Both the position numbers and the translations under genes were made by a program. Source: an uncultured Acidobacteriota bacterium (GTDB lineage Bacteria > Acidobacteriota > Thermoanaerobaculia > Gp7-AA8). Taken from it: DNA of 64,000 nucleotides. The notes below the pieces were generated by a model. The model was not told the DNA's origin. It ran no database searches and saw only the letters and a program-made list of their open reading frames with translations. Location: the NCBI GenBank assembly GCA_963822445.1, contig CAWGHO010000003.1:1760001-1824000 (forward strand), in the 5' to 3' direction. Within the stretch, counting starts at the first letter, position 1; each line of letters starts with the position of its first letter. Positions 11,092 through 20,052 of the stretch are shown here, in pieces.

Positions 11092-13542
11092 ATGTCTGAG
11101 AATCCCCAATCATTCGACGGTTTCGAGATCGAGCGCGTCCTGGGCAAGGGCGGGATGGGAACTGTCTATCTCGCGCGCGATCAGCGACTTGGCCGTTACG
11201 TCGCGCTCAAGGTCCTCAACGCCAACGAGCTGACTTACGACGACCGCAAGGCGCGCTTCTTCCGGGAGGCGAAGTCAGCCGCGGCCATCCGCCACCCCAA
11301 CGTGGCCACGGTTTACGACGTCGATGAGACCGAGGATGGGCAGCCGTTCATCGTCATGGAGTACTGCGAGGGGGAAACGCTGTCGCAGCGGATCCGCCGG
11401 CGCCCGCTCGATTCCGCGGAGTTCCTTTCGATTGCCCGGCAGATCGCGGCCGGCGTTGCCGCCGCGCACGAAGGGGGCATCATCCACCGCGACATCAAGA
11501 GCGCGAACATCATCGTCGAGTCGAACGGTGTCGCGAAGATTCTCGACTTCGGCCTGGCCAAATCGCTCCCGCGCGCGCTCACCGATCCGGGGCTGGAAAA
11601 AACCTTCGAATCGACCAGCAGCCATTTCTTCGGCACGCTGCATTTCATCTCGCCCGAACAGGCTCGCGGTCAGAACGCCGATCCGCGGAGCGATCTCTTT
11701 TCCGTCGGCGTCGTGCTGTATCACATGGCCTCCGGCCACCTTCCCTTCAATGCCGAAGCGCCGCTGATGGTGCTCGACAAGATCCGCGAGGGAGAACCGG
11801 AACCGTTCGTTCCGCTCGATCCGACCTTTCCGCCGGCGGCCGCGAAAATCATTTCGAAGCTGCTGCAGAAAGATCCCAAGGACCGCTTTCAGACCGCGCG
11901 CGAGCTGCTCTCCGATCTCGAGGAGATCGACACGCCGACGATCCGCATGACCATGTCGACATCGAAGACCATGCTCGGACGGACCGTGCGGCGTGGCTCG
12001 AACCTGATGCGGGCCGCGATCACCCTCTTTGCGGCGCTGCTCGTGGTTGCGGCGATCTTCCTCATCCGCCGCGACGGTGGATTCAACGGCGAGCCCGCCG
12101 TCGAGGCGTCGCGGCCGATCCGTTCGATGGCCGTGCTGCCGCTGCGGAACATCGCCAACAACACCAGCGACGAATTTCTCTCCGTCGGACTCGCCGACGC
12201 GCTGGTCACGAAACTTCAGCAGATCCCCTCGCTGCAGGTTCGCCCGACTTCGGCGGTGCTCGAGTTTCAGGGAGACAAGGTCGACACGAAGAAGGCGACC
12301 CAGAAGCTGAAGGTCGACGGCGTGCTGGAAGGACACTTCCTCGCGGCGGGCGATCTCGTTCGCGTGACGCTCCAGCTGACCGACTCGCGAACGGGCTTCA
12401 GCATCTGGTCGGACACGGTCGACGGACGGCGCGACAACCTGCTCAAACTGATCGACGACGTGTCGACGAGAACCGTCGCCGGTCTGAACGAAAAGATCGG
12501 CGTGCAACAACCGCAGCTCGCGCGATCGCAGGCGCGGTCGTCGAATCCGAAAGCTTACGAGGAGTATCTGAAGGCCCGCGCGCTGAACGGCAGTTTCGTG
12601 CCGCAGCACTTCGCCGATCAGATCGCGGCGCTGAAGCGCGCCATCGCGCTCGATCCGTCATTCGCCGCGGCATACGCGGATCTGGCGACGACGCTTTCCC
12701 TGGGGATCGCGCGCAGCCTCGCCGATCCGACGGACATTCAACGCGCGGAGTGGTATGCACGGCAGGCCGTGCGGCTGGATCCGAATCTTGCCGAGGCTCA
12801 TCTGGCGCTGGGACGCGTGTTCGTTCGCGATCCGGCGCGGTATCGCGAGTCCGTGCGCGAGATCCTGGCCGCGCTGCGTCTGGAAGCGACGGACACGCAG
12901 GCGCTGCATTCGATGGTCACCTACTTCGTATCGACCGGCGACATGCAGAAAGCGCAGTGCATCGGCGACAAGCTGGTGCAGCTCGATCCGATGTCGAACG
13001 AGGCGCGCACGCGGGGCTACTGGTACGTCAACGCGGTCGATCCGGAAGGCGCGCTGCAGAACGCGAGGTTCGCATCCGAAACGGCGGACACCGCTCTCGC
13101 GGCTCACGACATCCGCGGATACGCGGCCCTGCTGCGAGGCGACCTGGCCGCGGCCGAAAAGGAAGCTGACGCCGCGCTGAAGCTCGTCCCCGCCAACTAC
13201 CTTGGCAAGAGCCTCAAAGCGATGAGTGCCGCGGGCCGAGGCGATCGCGCTGCGACGGAAGCCGCGCTGCGGACCTTCGCCGCGGACGCGCAACGGACCC
13301 ACTGGGCCGCGTTCCGCGTCGCGCTCTGCTACGCGAAGCTCGGCGACCGCGACCAGGCCATCACCTGGCTGCAGCGTGCCGCGGCGGCGGGCAATCACAG
13401 CTGGTACGCGCTCATCAAACATCCCTGGCTGCAGGGCCTGCAGGCCGACCCCGAGTTCCAGCAGATCGTCAGCAAGATGAAGTCGGATCTCGACGATGTG
13501 CGCGACGACGTGGTGGGTGTTTATCAGCTGATCTGCCGGTAG
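11092..13542 (+). CDS. Membrane Ser/Thr protein kinase with TolB-N-like and TPR extracytoplasmic region
   Basis: LGKGGMG, VALK, HRDIKSAN, DFGLAK; one TM helix; SMAVLPLRN motif; TPRs. Alternative start at 11035. Confidence 0.9.
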   Translation: MSENPQSFDGFEIERVLGKGGMGTVYLARDQRLGRYVALKVLNANELTYDDRKARFFREAKSAAAIRHPNVATVYDVDETEDGQPFIVMEYCEGETLSQRIRRRPLDSAEFLSIARQIAAGVAAAHEGGIIHRDIKSANIIVESNGVAKILDFGLAKSLPRALTDPGLEKTFESTSSHFFGTLHFISPEQARGQNADPRSDLFSVGVVLYHMASGHLPFNAEAPLMVLDKIREGEPEPFVPLDPTFPPAAAKIISKLLQKDPKDRFQTARELLSDLEEIDTPTIRMTMSTSKTMLGRTVRRGSNLMRAAITLFAALLVVAAIFLIRRDGGFNGEPAVEASRPIRSMAVLPLRNIANNTSDEFLSVGLADALVTKLQQIPSLQVRPTSAVLEFQGDKVDTKKATQKLKVDGVLEGHFLAAGDLVRVTLQLTDSRTGFSIWSDTVDGRRDNLLKLIDDVSTRTVAGLNEKIGVQQPQLARSQARSSNPKAYEEYLKARALNGSFVPQHFADQIAALKRAIALDPSFAAAYADLATTLSLGIARSLADPTDIQRAEWYARQAVRLDPNLAEAHLALGRVFVRDPARYRESVREILAALRLEATDTQALHSMVTYFVSTGDMQKAQCIGDKLVQLDPMSNEARTRGYWYVNAVDPEGALQNARFASETADTALAAHDIRGYAALLRGDLAAAEKEADAALKLVPANYLGKSLKAMSAAGRGDRAATEAALRTFAADAQRTHWAAFRVALCYAKLGDRDQAITWLQRAAAAGNHSWYALIKHPWLQGLQADPEFQQIVSKMKSDLDDVRDDVVGVYQLICR

Positions 13543-13550
13543 ACCGCCGC

Positions 13551-14507
13551 ATGGCCAAATACGTTACGGCTGCTCTGCTTCTGTCTGTCCTGGCAACCCC
13601 CGTCGCGGCGCAGATCCATTTCGAAGCGGTCATCTCGGGTCACAACGCCCAGATTCAGTTCTTCATCAGCGCGCCCGCCATGCCCTGGGTTCAATGGATC
13701 AATCCAAACGTCGACCAGGCCGGCCTGCCCTTCGCCGTCGCGTCGGCGGACTCGCTCGAAGTCTTCGGTCTGTCGGCCAACGGCGTCTTTCGGGTCACGC
13801 CGAACGGCGCCGTTCCGCTCTTCAACCTGCCGGCGGGGCAGTTCGGACAGGCGATCGCCGTATCCACGAACGGACTGATTTTCGTGTCGACGCGAACCTT
13901 CGTGCCGACCACGCGCCGGCTGCTTGTGTTCACATCTACAGGAACGCTGCAGGCCACGTACGTCCTCGCGGTTTCCGACGATGTCGACGTGATGATTGTC
14001 GGTGCGGACGGATGCACCGTTTTCTACGCCGAAGGAAACGTCATCCACCGCATCAACGGCTGCACCGGCGCGGCGCTGCCTGACTTTGCGACGACGGGAG
14101 GCACGGTCCACGACATCTTCCCGACTGCCGGAGGGCAGTTCCTCGTAACGTCGGGAAGCGACGTCCTCCTGTACGACGGATCAGGAACGCTGGTTCGTAC
14201 CGTGGCCACCATTTCGTCGTACACAAGCGATGCTTCTCTTTCTCCAGGTCAGATCGCGCTCGGCGCCGATGGCCAGACACTCTGGATGACCACCACTGGG
14301 CCGAGCTGCGTTACCGAACCGTTCCTGCTGCGGCTCGCCTTCGACGACGGCGAGGAGCTGTCCCGCCAGGACATCAACATCGACGCGACCACGGGGCTGA
14401 TCCTCAGCGCCAACGGACCGGGCGCGGCGATCCCGACGACGGGGACACTGGCCCTGATTTTCGTCGCCCTGATGATCGCCGCGGCGGGTGTGGTCGTGCT
14501 CAGGTAA
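13551..14507 (+). CDS. Secreted beta-propeller-like protein with IPTL-CTERM-like sorting tail
   Basis: Signal peptide ending VAA-Q; C-terminal IPTTGTLALIFVALMIAAAGVVVLR. Confidence 0.7.
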   Translation: MAKYVTAALLLSVLATPVAAQIHFEAVISGHNAQIQFFISAPAMPWVQWINPNVDQAGLPFAVASADSLEVFGLSANGVFRVTPNGAVPLFNLPAGQFGQAIAVSTNGLIFVSTRTFVPTTRRLLVFTSTGTLQATYVLAVSDDVDVMIVGADGCTVFYAEGNVIHRINGCTGAALPDFATTGGTVHDIFPTAGGQFLVTSGSDVLLYDGSGTLVRTVATISSYTSDASLSPGQIALGADGQTLWMTTTGPSCVTEPFLLRLAFDDGEELSRQDINIDATTGLILSANGPGAAIPTTGTLALIFVALMIAAAGVVVLR

Positions 14508-15384
14508 TGGGCGCGCGCACGAGCAATGACGATGGCACCGCCGCGATCTGCAGCGGCGTCTCCAGTTCCACCAGCTCACCATCGACTGATACGCGCATCC
14601 TGCGCCGCGGTGTATCCACGCGCAGATGGGTCGTGCGAACGCTTCGGAATCCCTGCACGTCGACGATCTTGCCGCGCAGATACTTCGCCGCCGCGCCCAC
14701 GAACTGCGGGCGGCTCATGAACTCGAGAGAGTAGATGGTCACGCGGCCGTCGTTGAACGTCGTCTTCGGCGCGACCAGTCCGGATTGCTTCAGGTCGTAC
14801 GCGTTGATGGCCACCACGAACATCTGCGTGCGAAAGGTCTCCACGCGGCCGTCCATCTCCACGACCAGCACAACGTGCGGAAACTGGCGCAGCGCCAGAC
14901 GCGCCGCTTTCGCGTACGCGCGCCACCGGCTGTGCATCGAGCGGAACCGCTCGCGGAACTCGCTCAGCGTCGGATAGATCCCGAGCATCACGCTGTTCAG
15001 GAAGTAGCGTCCGTTCACCCGTCCGACGTCGATCTGCCGCACCTCGCCGCGCAACGCGATCTCCATCGCCGCCTTCCAGTCGTCGAGCGGCAACTCCAGA
15101 TCGCGGGCCAGATGATTCAGGCTGCCAACGGGAACGACACCCAGGACGCCCTCCGTGCCGACGAGGGCTTGCATGACGTGATGCACGCTGCCGTCGCCTC
15201 CGGCCACGACGAACGATTTCAGTCCCGCGTCGAGCGTCTCGCGAACGACGGTGCGCACGTTGACGCCTTCTTTGACTTCCACGACGCGCAAGCCGTTCTC
15301 TTCCGCAACGGTGCGAAGTGCGGATTCATCGGAGGCGGTGAAGGTCCCGGCGCGCGGGTTGAGGAAGAGGACCCCCCGGCGCAT
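14500..15384 (-). CDS. Diacylglycerol/lipid kinase family protein (YegS/DagK-like)
   Basis: NPRAG, AGGDGS, PVGSLNHLA, DVGRVN, DGE motifs; ATG overlaps the nadA stop (TGATG). Confidence 0.85.
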   Translation of the reverse strand: MRRGVLFLNPRAGTFTASDESALRTVAEENGLRVVEVKEGVNVRTVVRETLDAGLKSFVVAGGDGSVHHVMQALVGTEGVLGVVPVGSLNHLARDLELPLDDWKAAMEIALRGEVRQIDVGRVNGRYFLNSVMLGIYPTLSEFRERFRSMHSRWRAYAKAARLALRQFPHVVLVVEMDGRVETFRTQMFVVAINAYDLKQSGLVAPKTTFNDGRVTIYSLEFMSRPQFVGAAAKYLRGKIVDVQGFRSVRTTHLRVDTPRRRMRVSVDGELVELETPLQIAAVPSSLLVRAPIT

Positions 15385-16370
15385 CAGGCGGTCGCGTCGA
15401 ACATGCGCCGCAGCGCACGCTCCGCCGGAACGCGAATCTCCTCCGGCACTTCCATGTCGTACTGCAGGTATTTGAGAGAGTCGCGCACGTCTTCGAGCGT
15501 CGTCACTTTCATGAACGCGCAGAGCTTGCAGCCCTTGAGGAACTGCTTGTCCGGCACTTCCATGGCCAGGCGGTCGGAGAGACCGCATTCGGTGACGATG
15601 AGGAATCGCGAAGCCGGCCGTTCTTTCGCCCACTTGACCATGCCCGAGGTCGAGAGGACGGCGTCGGCGAGCTTCGCGACGTCGGGACGGCACTCGGGAT
15701 GGACGAGGATCTCCAGTTCGGGATCGGCGGCGCGGATCCGCGCGACTTCTTCCGGCGTGATCTGCTGGTGCACGTAACAGAAGCCGTCCCAGGGAATGAT
15801 GTTCTTCTCCGGAACCTGCTCGGCGACGTGATTGGCGAGATTGCGATCGGGGACGAAGAGGATGTTCTTCGCGTCGAGCGTCCGCACGACTTTCGCTGCA
15901 TTCGCCGAAGTGACGATGATGTCGGAGAGCGCCTTCACCGCCGCGGTGGTGTTCACGTAACTCACGACGGCGAGATCGGGATAGTCCTTCTTCAGCTCCT
16001 CGATCCGGGCCGCGAGATCCTCGGCCGGCGCGGAATCCGCGAGCTGGCATCCGGCCATCAGATTGGGCAGGAGCACGCGCTTCGTGGGATTGACGATCTT
16101 CGCCGTCTCGGCCATGAAGTTCACGCCGCAGAACTCGATGACGTCCGCGTCCGAGACCTTGGAAGCCATGAGCGCGAGCTCGAGCGAATCGCCGACGAAA
16201 TCGGCGACTTTGAGGATCTCCGGACGGTAGTAGTTGTGAGCGACGATGACCGCGTTGCGCTCTTTTTTCAGCGCCCGGATCTCTTCGTGGAGAGCCTCGA
16301 ATTCACGGACTTCCTCCCGCGAGTATTCGTACGTCGATACCCGGCTGAGCTCTTCGTAAAGTGTTGACAT
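15384..16370 (-). CDS. nadA: Quinolinate synthase
   Basis: AHNY, GDSLEL, FCGVNFMAE, AGCQLA, YVNT, CYVH, HPEC, STSGM, CAFMK, including the three Fe-S cysteines. Confidence 0.95.
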   Translation of the reverse strand: MSTLYEELSRVSTYEYSREEVREFEALHEEIRALKKERNAVIVAHNYYRPEILKVADFVGDSLELALMASKVSDADVIEFCGVNFMAETAKIVNPTKRVLLPNLMAGCQLADSAPAEDLAARIEELKKDYPDLAVVSYVNTTAAVKALSDIIVTSANAAKVVRTLDAKNILFVPDRNLANHVAEQVPEKNIIPWDGFCYVHQQITPEEVARIRAADPELEILVHPECRPDVAKLADAVLSTSGMVKWAKERPASRFLIVTECGLSDRLAMEVPDKQFLKGCKLCAFMKVTTLEDVRDSLKYLQYDMEVPEEIRVPAERALRRMFDATA

Positions 16371-16499
16371 GTCACTTCCTATTTAGCGAATTCGGCGCCA
16401 GCCGGCACGGCCGGCTGCGCAGGTTGCTGCGCCTTGCGGCACGCGCGTCTCTTCCTCACGATCACGGCTTCGGGCGGCGCAGCGCGCCTGACAGCTTGC
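16371..16499 (-). promoter_or_regulatory. Structured 5' leader of nadA, candidate NAD+-I (nadA motif) riboswitch variant
   Basis: Minus-strand GGCGC-AGCAACCUGCG-CAGCCGGC-cgu-GCCGGCUG-GCGCC ending about 23 nt before the ATG; alternative pairings possible. Confidence 0.35.
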
Positions 16500-16778
16500 T
16501 TAACGGCGAGCCTCCGAAGCCAGCAGAACCACCGTCGATCCCCACCCGCCACCCGAGGGATCGGCGTCCTCGAAATCGAGGATGAAGTCGAGCTCGCGGA
16601 GCAACGAGCGGATGCGCTCCCGCTGCACGCCGATGCCGCGGCCGTGGATCAGGCGAACCTGCGTCAAGCCGAGGCGGTGGGCCTCGATGAGGTACTCGCG
16701 GGCTACGTCCTTGATCTCGTCCGGACGGAACGGATGCAGGTCCAGGGTGTCGGTGATTGGAATCTCGATGGGGTCCAC
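16500..16778 (-). CDS. Smr/MutS2 domain protein
   Basis: LDLH, IHGRGIG, GGWGSTVV motifs. Confidence 0.88.
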   Translation of the reverse strand: MDPIEIPITDTLDLHPFRPDEIKDVAREYLIEAHRLGLTQVRLIHGRGIGVQRERIRSLLRELDFILDFEDADPSGGGWGSTVVLLASEARR

Positions 16779-16844
16779 GCTGGGCGCATTCTATTGATAT
16801 CGCCCTGTGCGATACTCTCCGTTCACTCAGGAGATCGCGCTCGA

Positions 16845-17975
16845 ATGGTCCTCTTCAACCACGCCACCCGCGAGATGACGGCGAAGATCGTCTACTACGG
16901 CCCCGGCCTGTGCGGAAAAACGACCAATCTCATGGTCATCTTCGACAAGCTCGACCCGAAATCGAAGGGGAAGATGCTGTCGCTGGCGACCAAGACCGAC
17001 CGCACCCTGTTCTTCGATCTCCTGCCCGTCGACATCGGCAAAGTCGGACCATTCAACCTCAAGATCCAGCTCTACACCGTCCCCGGACAGGTCTTCTACA
17101 ACGAGACCCGCAAGCTCGTGCTCAAGGGCGCGGATTCGGTGGTGTTCGTGGCCGATTCGCAGCCGGCGATGGTCGAGGCGAATCGCGAGAGCTTCGCCAA
17201 CCTCCTCGATAATCTCGAAGAGAACCAGATCGATCCGAACGACACGCCGATCGTCATTCAGTACAACAAACGCGACCTGCCCCACGCCATGCCGGTCGAC
17301 AAGCTCGCCGAATCCCTCGGCTTCGAGGGCTATCCCTACACCGAAGCCTCGGCGCTCAAGGGCGACGGCGTCATGGAGACGTTCAAGCTCGTCTCGAAGA
17401 TCACCGCCAAACACCTTTTCGCCAGGCTGAAAGGAAAGAGCGAGCCGATCAAGAAGGCCGCCCTGCCGAAGCCGTCCGCGTCGCAGGTGAAAGCCCGCCC
17501 CGCCCCGGCTCCGATCCCGGAACCCGAGCCGGAGCCGGAGACCGTCGGCAGCGCGATGCTCGACGCCGAGCCGATGTCCGCCGCGCCGAATCCGTTCGCG
17601 GACTCGGTCCCCTTCCCCGACGCCGTTCCCGTAGAGACCGATTACGACGGCGCCGAGGAGGTGTCGCTCGAGCAGCTTCTCGCCGAGGGCCGCAGCCGTC
17701 CGGCGACGATGGCCGGGACGGTGCGCGTGCCGATCGACGACGTGGAGGAGCTGGGAGCGCACGAGCTGGTCGCGATTCCCGATGAGTCCCCCGTCGCCGT
17801 CGCGGTGATGGACGAGGAACCGGTCTCCGCCGGCCGTGCCGACAGCCGCGTGGCCGAGCTCGAAGCCCAGGTCGCCTCGCTCCAGCAGAAGCTCAGCAGC
17901 AGGCAGGACACGCTCGAGCAGATTCTGCGGGAGCTGGATGACATCCGGGCGCGGGTTCAGGCGGAACTTCAATGA
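16845..17975 (+). CDS. MglA-like small GTPase with long C-terminal extension
   Basis: KIVYYGPGLCGKTTNL, RTLFFD, TVPGQ, VFVADS, NKRD; RBS AGGAG upstream. Confidence 0.88.
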   Translation: MVLFNHATREMTAKIVYYGPGLCGKTTNLMVIFDKLDPKSKGKMLSLATKTDRTLFFDLLPVDIGKVGPFNLKIQLYTVPGQVFYNETRKLVLKGADSVVFVADSQPAMVEANRESFANLLDNLEENQIDPNDTPIVIQYNKRDLPHAMPVDKLAESLGFEGYPYTEASALKGDGVMETFKLVSKITAKHLFARLKGKSEPIKKAALPKPSASQVKARPAPAPIPEPEPEPETVGSAMLDAEPMSAAPNPFADSVPFPDAVPVETDYDGAEEVSLEQLLAEGRSRPATMAGTVRVPIDDVEELGAHELVAIPDESPVAVAVMDEEPVSAGRADSRVAELEAQVASLQQKLSSRQDTLEQILRELDDIRARVQAELQ

Positions 17976-17976
17976 T

Positions 17977-18058
17977 GGTTGTCAGGTTGTCCGGTTGTCG
18001 GGTTGTCAAGTAGCGCAGACACACCCGACAACCTGATAACCCGATAACCTGACAACCC
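17977..18058. repeat. Inverted pair of 8-bp tandem repeat arms
   Basis: (GGTTGTCN)x4, spacer, (GAYAACCN)x4. Confidence 0.85.
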
Positions 18059-18103
18059 TGTTATCATCTGCAAATAACAATTCATCGAGGGGGATCCAAA
18101 ACA

Positions 18104-18871
18104 ATGCGCCGCATTCTCATTCTGCTTCTCTGCCTGACCTTCGCTCTCGCCGGCTGTAAAGCCAAGGAAGCAATCGACAAAGCCGACATCTCCAAGGATC
18201 TCGACAAGCGCGGGACGACCGACCTGATGCAGGAGATCGCCAAGGACGAGTACACCGCACCGGAAGACGGGCGGCTCACCGAGGCGCAGATTCAGATGTA
18301 TCTGAAGGTGCGTGAGCACGAGAAGAAGATCGCCCAGGTGGCGAAGGACGAGATGAAGCAGCACGCCCAGAAGGCCGAGAAAGCGGGCGAGAAGTCGCTG
18401 GCCGGCCTCGTCCAGGGTCTGCAGGCCATGGGTTCCGCGGCCGACTTCCTCACCGCCGACCTCCGCGCCGCCAAGGACCTCGGCTACAACACTCAGGAGT
18501 ACGTCTGGGTGAAGGGCCAGATCATGGCCGCCAGCACCACGGCCATGGCCGAGAAGTTCAGCGAAGCGATGACCGCCAACTTCGACACCGCCTATCAGGA
18601 TGCGAAGAAGGCCTACGACGCCGCCACCGACGAGACTACCAAGAAGATGTACGCCGACGTCCTGGCCGGCTACGAGAAGGCCAAGCAGGAGATGAAGCAG
18701 AACACCGACGCCGATCCTGCGGCCACGTTCAACCGCCAGCTCCTCTCGAAGTACGAGAACGCCCTCAACGCCTTCGCCCACGAAATGTCGAAGTACGAAG
18801 ACAAGCCCGGCGACGTGCAGAAGAGCGTGCAGGAATTCGAGCAGAAAGTAGACGAAGCGAAGAAGCAGTAG
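18104..18871 (+). CDS. Helical lipoprotein of unknown function
   Basis: Lipobox LAGC; K/E/A-rich helical body; strong codon bias. Confidence 0.8.
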   Translation: MRRILILLLCLTFALAGCKAKEAIDKADISKDLDKRGTTDLMQEIAKDEYTAPEDGRLTEAQIQMYLKVREHEKKIAQVAKDEMKQHAQKAEKAGEKSLAGLVQGLQAMGSAADFLTADLRAAKDLGYNTQEYVWVKGQIMAASTTAMAEKFSEAMTANFDTAYQDAKKAYDAATDETTKKMYADVLAGYEKAKQEMKQNTDADPAATFNRQLLSKYENALNAFAHEMSKYEDKPGDVQKSVQEFEQKVDEAKKQ

Positions 18872-18874
18872 GCA

Positions 18875-19978
18875 GTGTCCAAGACTCTTCAATGTTCGCG
18901 CTGCGAGTGGCAATCGCCGCTCGCAGCGCTTTTCAATTTGTGCCCGGAATGCAGTGCACCGATTCTTGTGCACTACCACTTCGAGAACGCGCCCCGTCTG
19001 CTCGAGAGAAACGACATGTGGCGCTATCTCGACGTCCTTCCCGTCGATTCGGAGGAGGACGTCGTCACGCTCGGCGAAGGTTTGACGCCGCTGCTTCCGG
19101 CGCGCTCGCGCGACAACGTCTTTATCAAGGACGAATCGAAGAATCCGACGCGGTCGTTCAAGTCGCGAGGGATGGCCGCCGCGGTTTCGATGGCAAAGAA
19201 GCTCGGCGCGAAGAGTCTCGCCGCGCCGACCGCGGGAAACGCCGGCGCCGCGCTCTCGGCATACGGCGCACGAGCGGGTCTGCCGGTCTTCGTGGCCATG
19301 CCGCGCGACACGCCGCAATCGATCGTCGATGAATGCCGCGATTACGGCGCCGCGGTCGAGCTGGTCGAAGGGGTGATCACCGACGCCGCGAAACGCGTCC
19401 AGCAGTTCATCGCTGAAAACGGCGGGTTCGACCTGTCGACGCTCAAAGAGCCCTACCGCGTCGAAGGCAAGAAGATCATGGGCTATGAGCTCCTCCCCGA
19501 CCTCGGCCGCCTCCCCGACGTCATCCTCTATCCCACCGGCGGCGGCACGGGTCTCATCGGCATGTGGAAGGCCTTCGACGAAATGGAGCGCCTCGGCTGG
19601 ATCGACGCGAAGCGCCCGCGGATGTGGACCGTGCAGTCGAGCGGTTGCGCGCCGATCGTGCGCGCGTTCGAGCAGCAGCTCGAGACCGCGCCGGAATGGG
19701 AATCGCCGCAGACCAGCGCGTGGGGCCTGCGCGTGCCGCGTGCGGTCGGTGACCGGCTGATGCTTCGCGCCTTGCGCGATTCCGGCGGCGGGGCGATCGC
19801 CGTCGAGGACGCGAAGATCGAGGACGCCGCGGCCGATCTCCGCCGCCGCGAAGGCGTCGACGCCGGACCTGAGACCGGCGCGGCCTGGCTGGCGCTTAAC
19901 GAGCTGAAGCAGCGCGGTGCGATTGGTGACGATGACCTCGTGGTGGTCTTCAACACCGGCGGCAATAAGTACCGGTGA
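18875..19978 (+). CDS. thrC: Threonine synthase-like PLP enzyme
   Basis: TLGEGLTPL, NPTRSFKSRG (PLP Lys), AGNAG, PTGGGTG, FNTG; N-terminal CxxC...CxxC. Confidence 0.75.
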   Translation: MSKTLQCSRCEWQSPLAALFNLCPECSAPILVHYHFENAPRLLERNDMWRYLDVLPVDSEEDVVTLGEGLTPLLPARSRDNVFIKDESKNPTRSFKSRGMAAAVSMAKKLGAKSLAAPTAGNAGAALSAYGARAGLPVFVAMPRDTPQSIVDECRDYGAAVELVEGVITDAAKRVQQFIAENGGFDLSTLKEPYRVEGKKIMGYELLPDLGRLPDVILYPTGGGTGLIGMWKAFDEMERLGWIDAKRPRMWTVQSSGCAPIVRAFEQQLETAPEWESPQTSAWGLRVPRAVGDRLMLRALRDSGGGAIAVEDAKIEDAAADLRRREGVDAGPETGAAWLALNELKQRGAIGDDDLVVVFNTGGNKYR

Positions 19979-20052
19979 CTGCGGTCACGCGACGTCTGTC
20001 AACGTAATCGCTACACTGACCGTCGAATCCCACGATCAACTTTGGAGACTCG

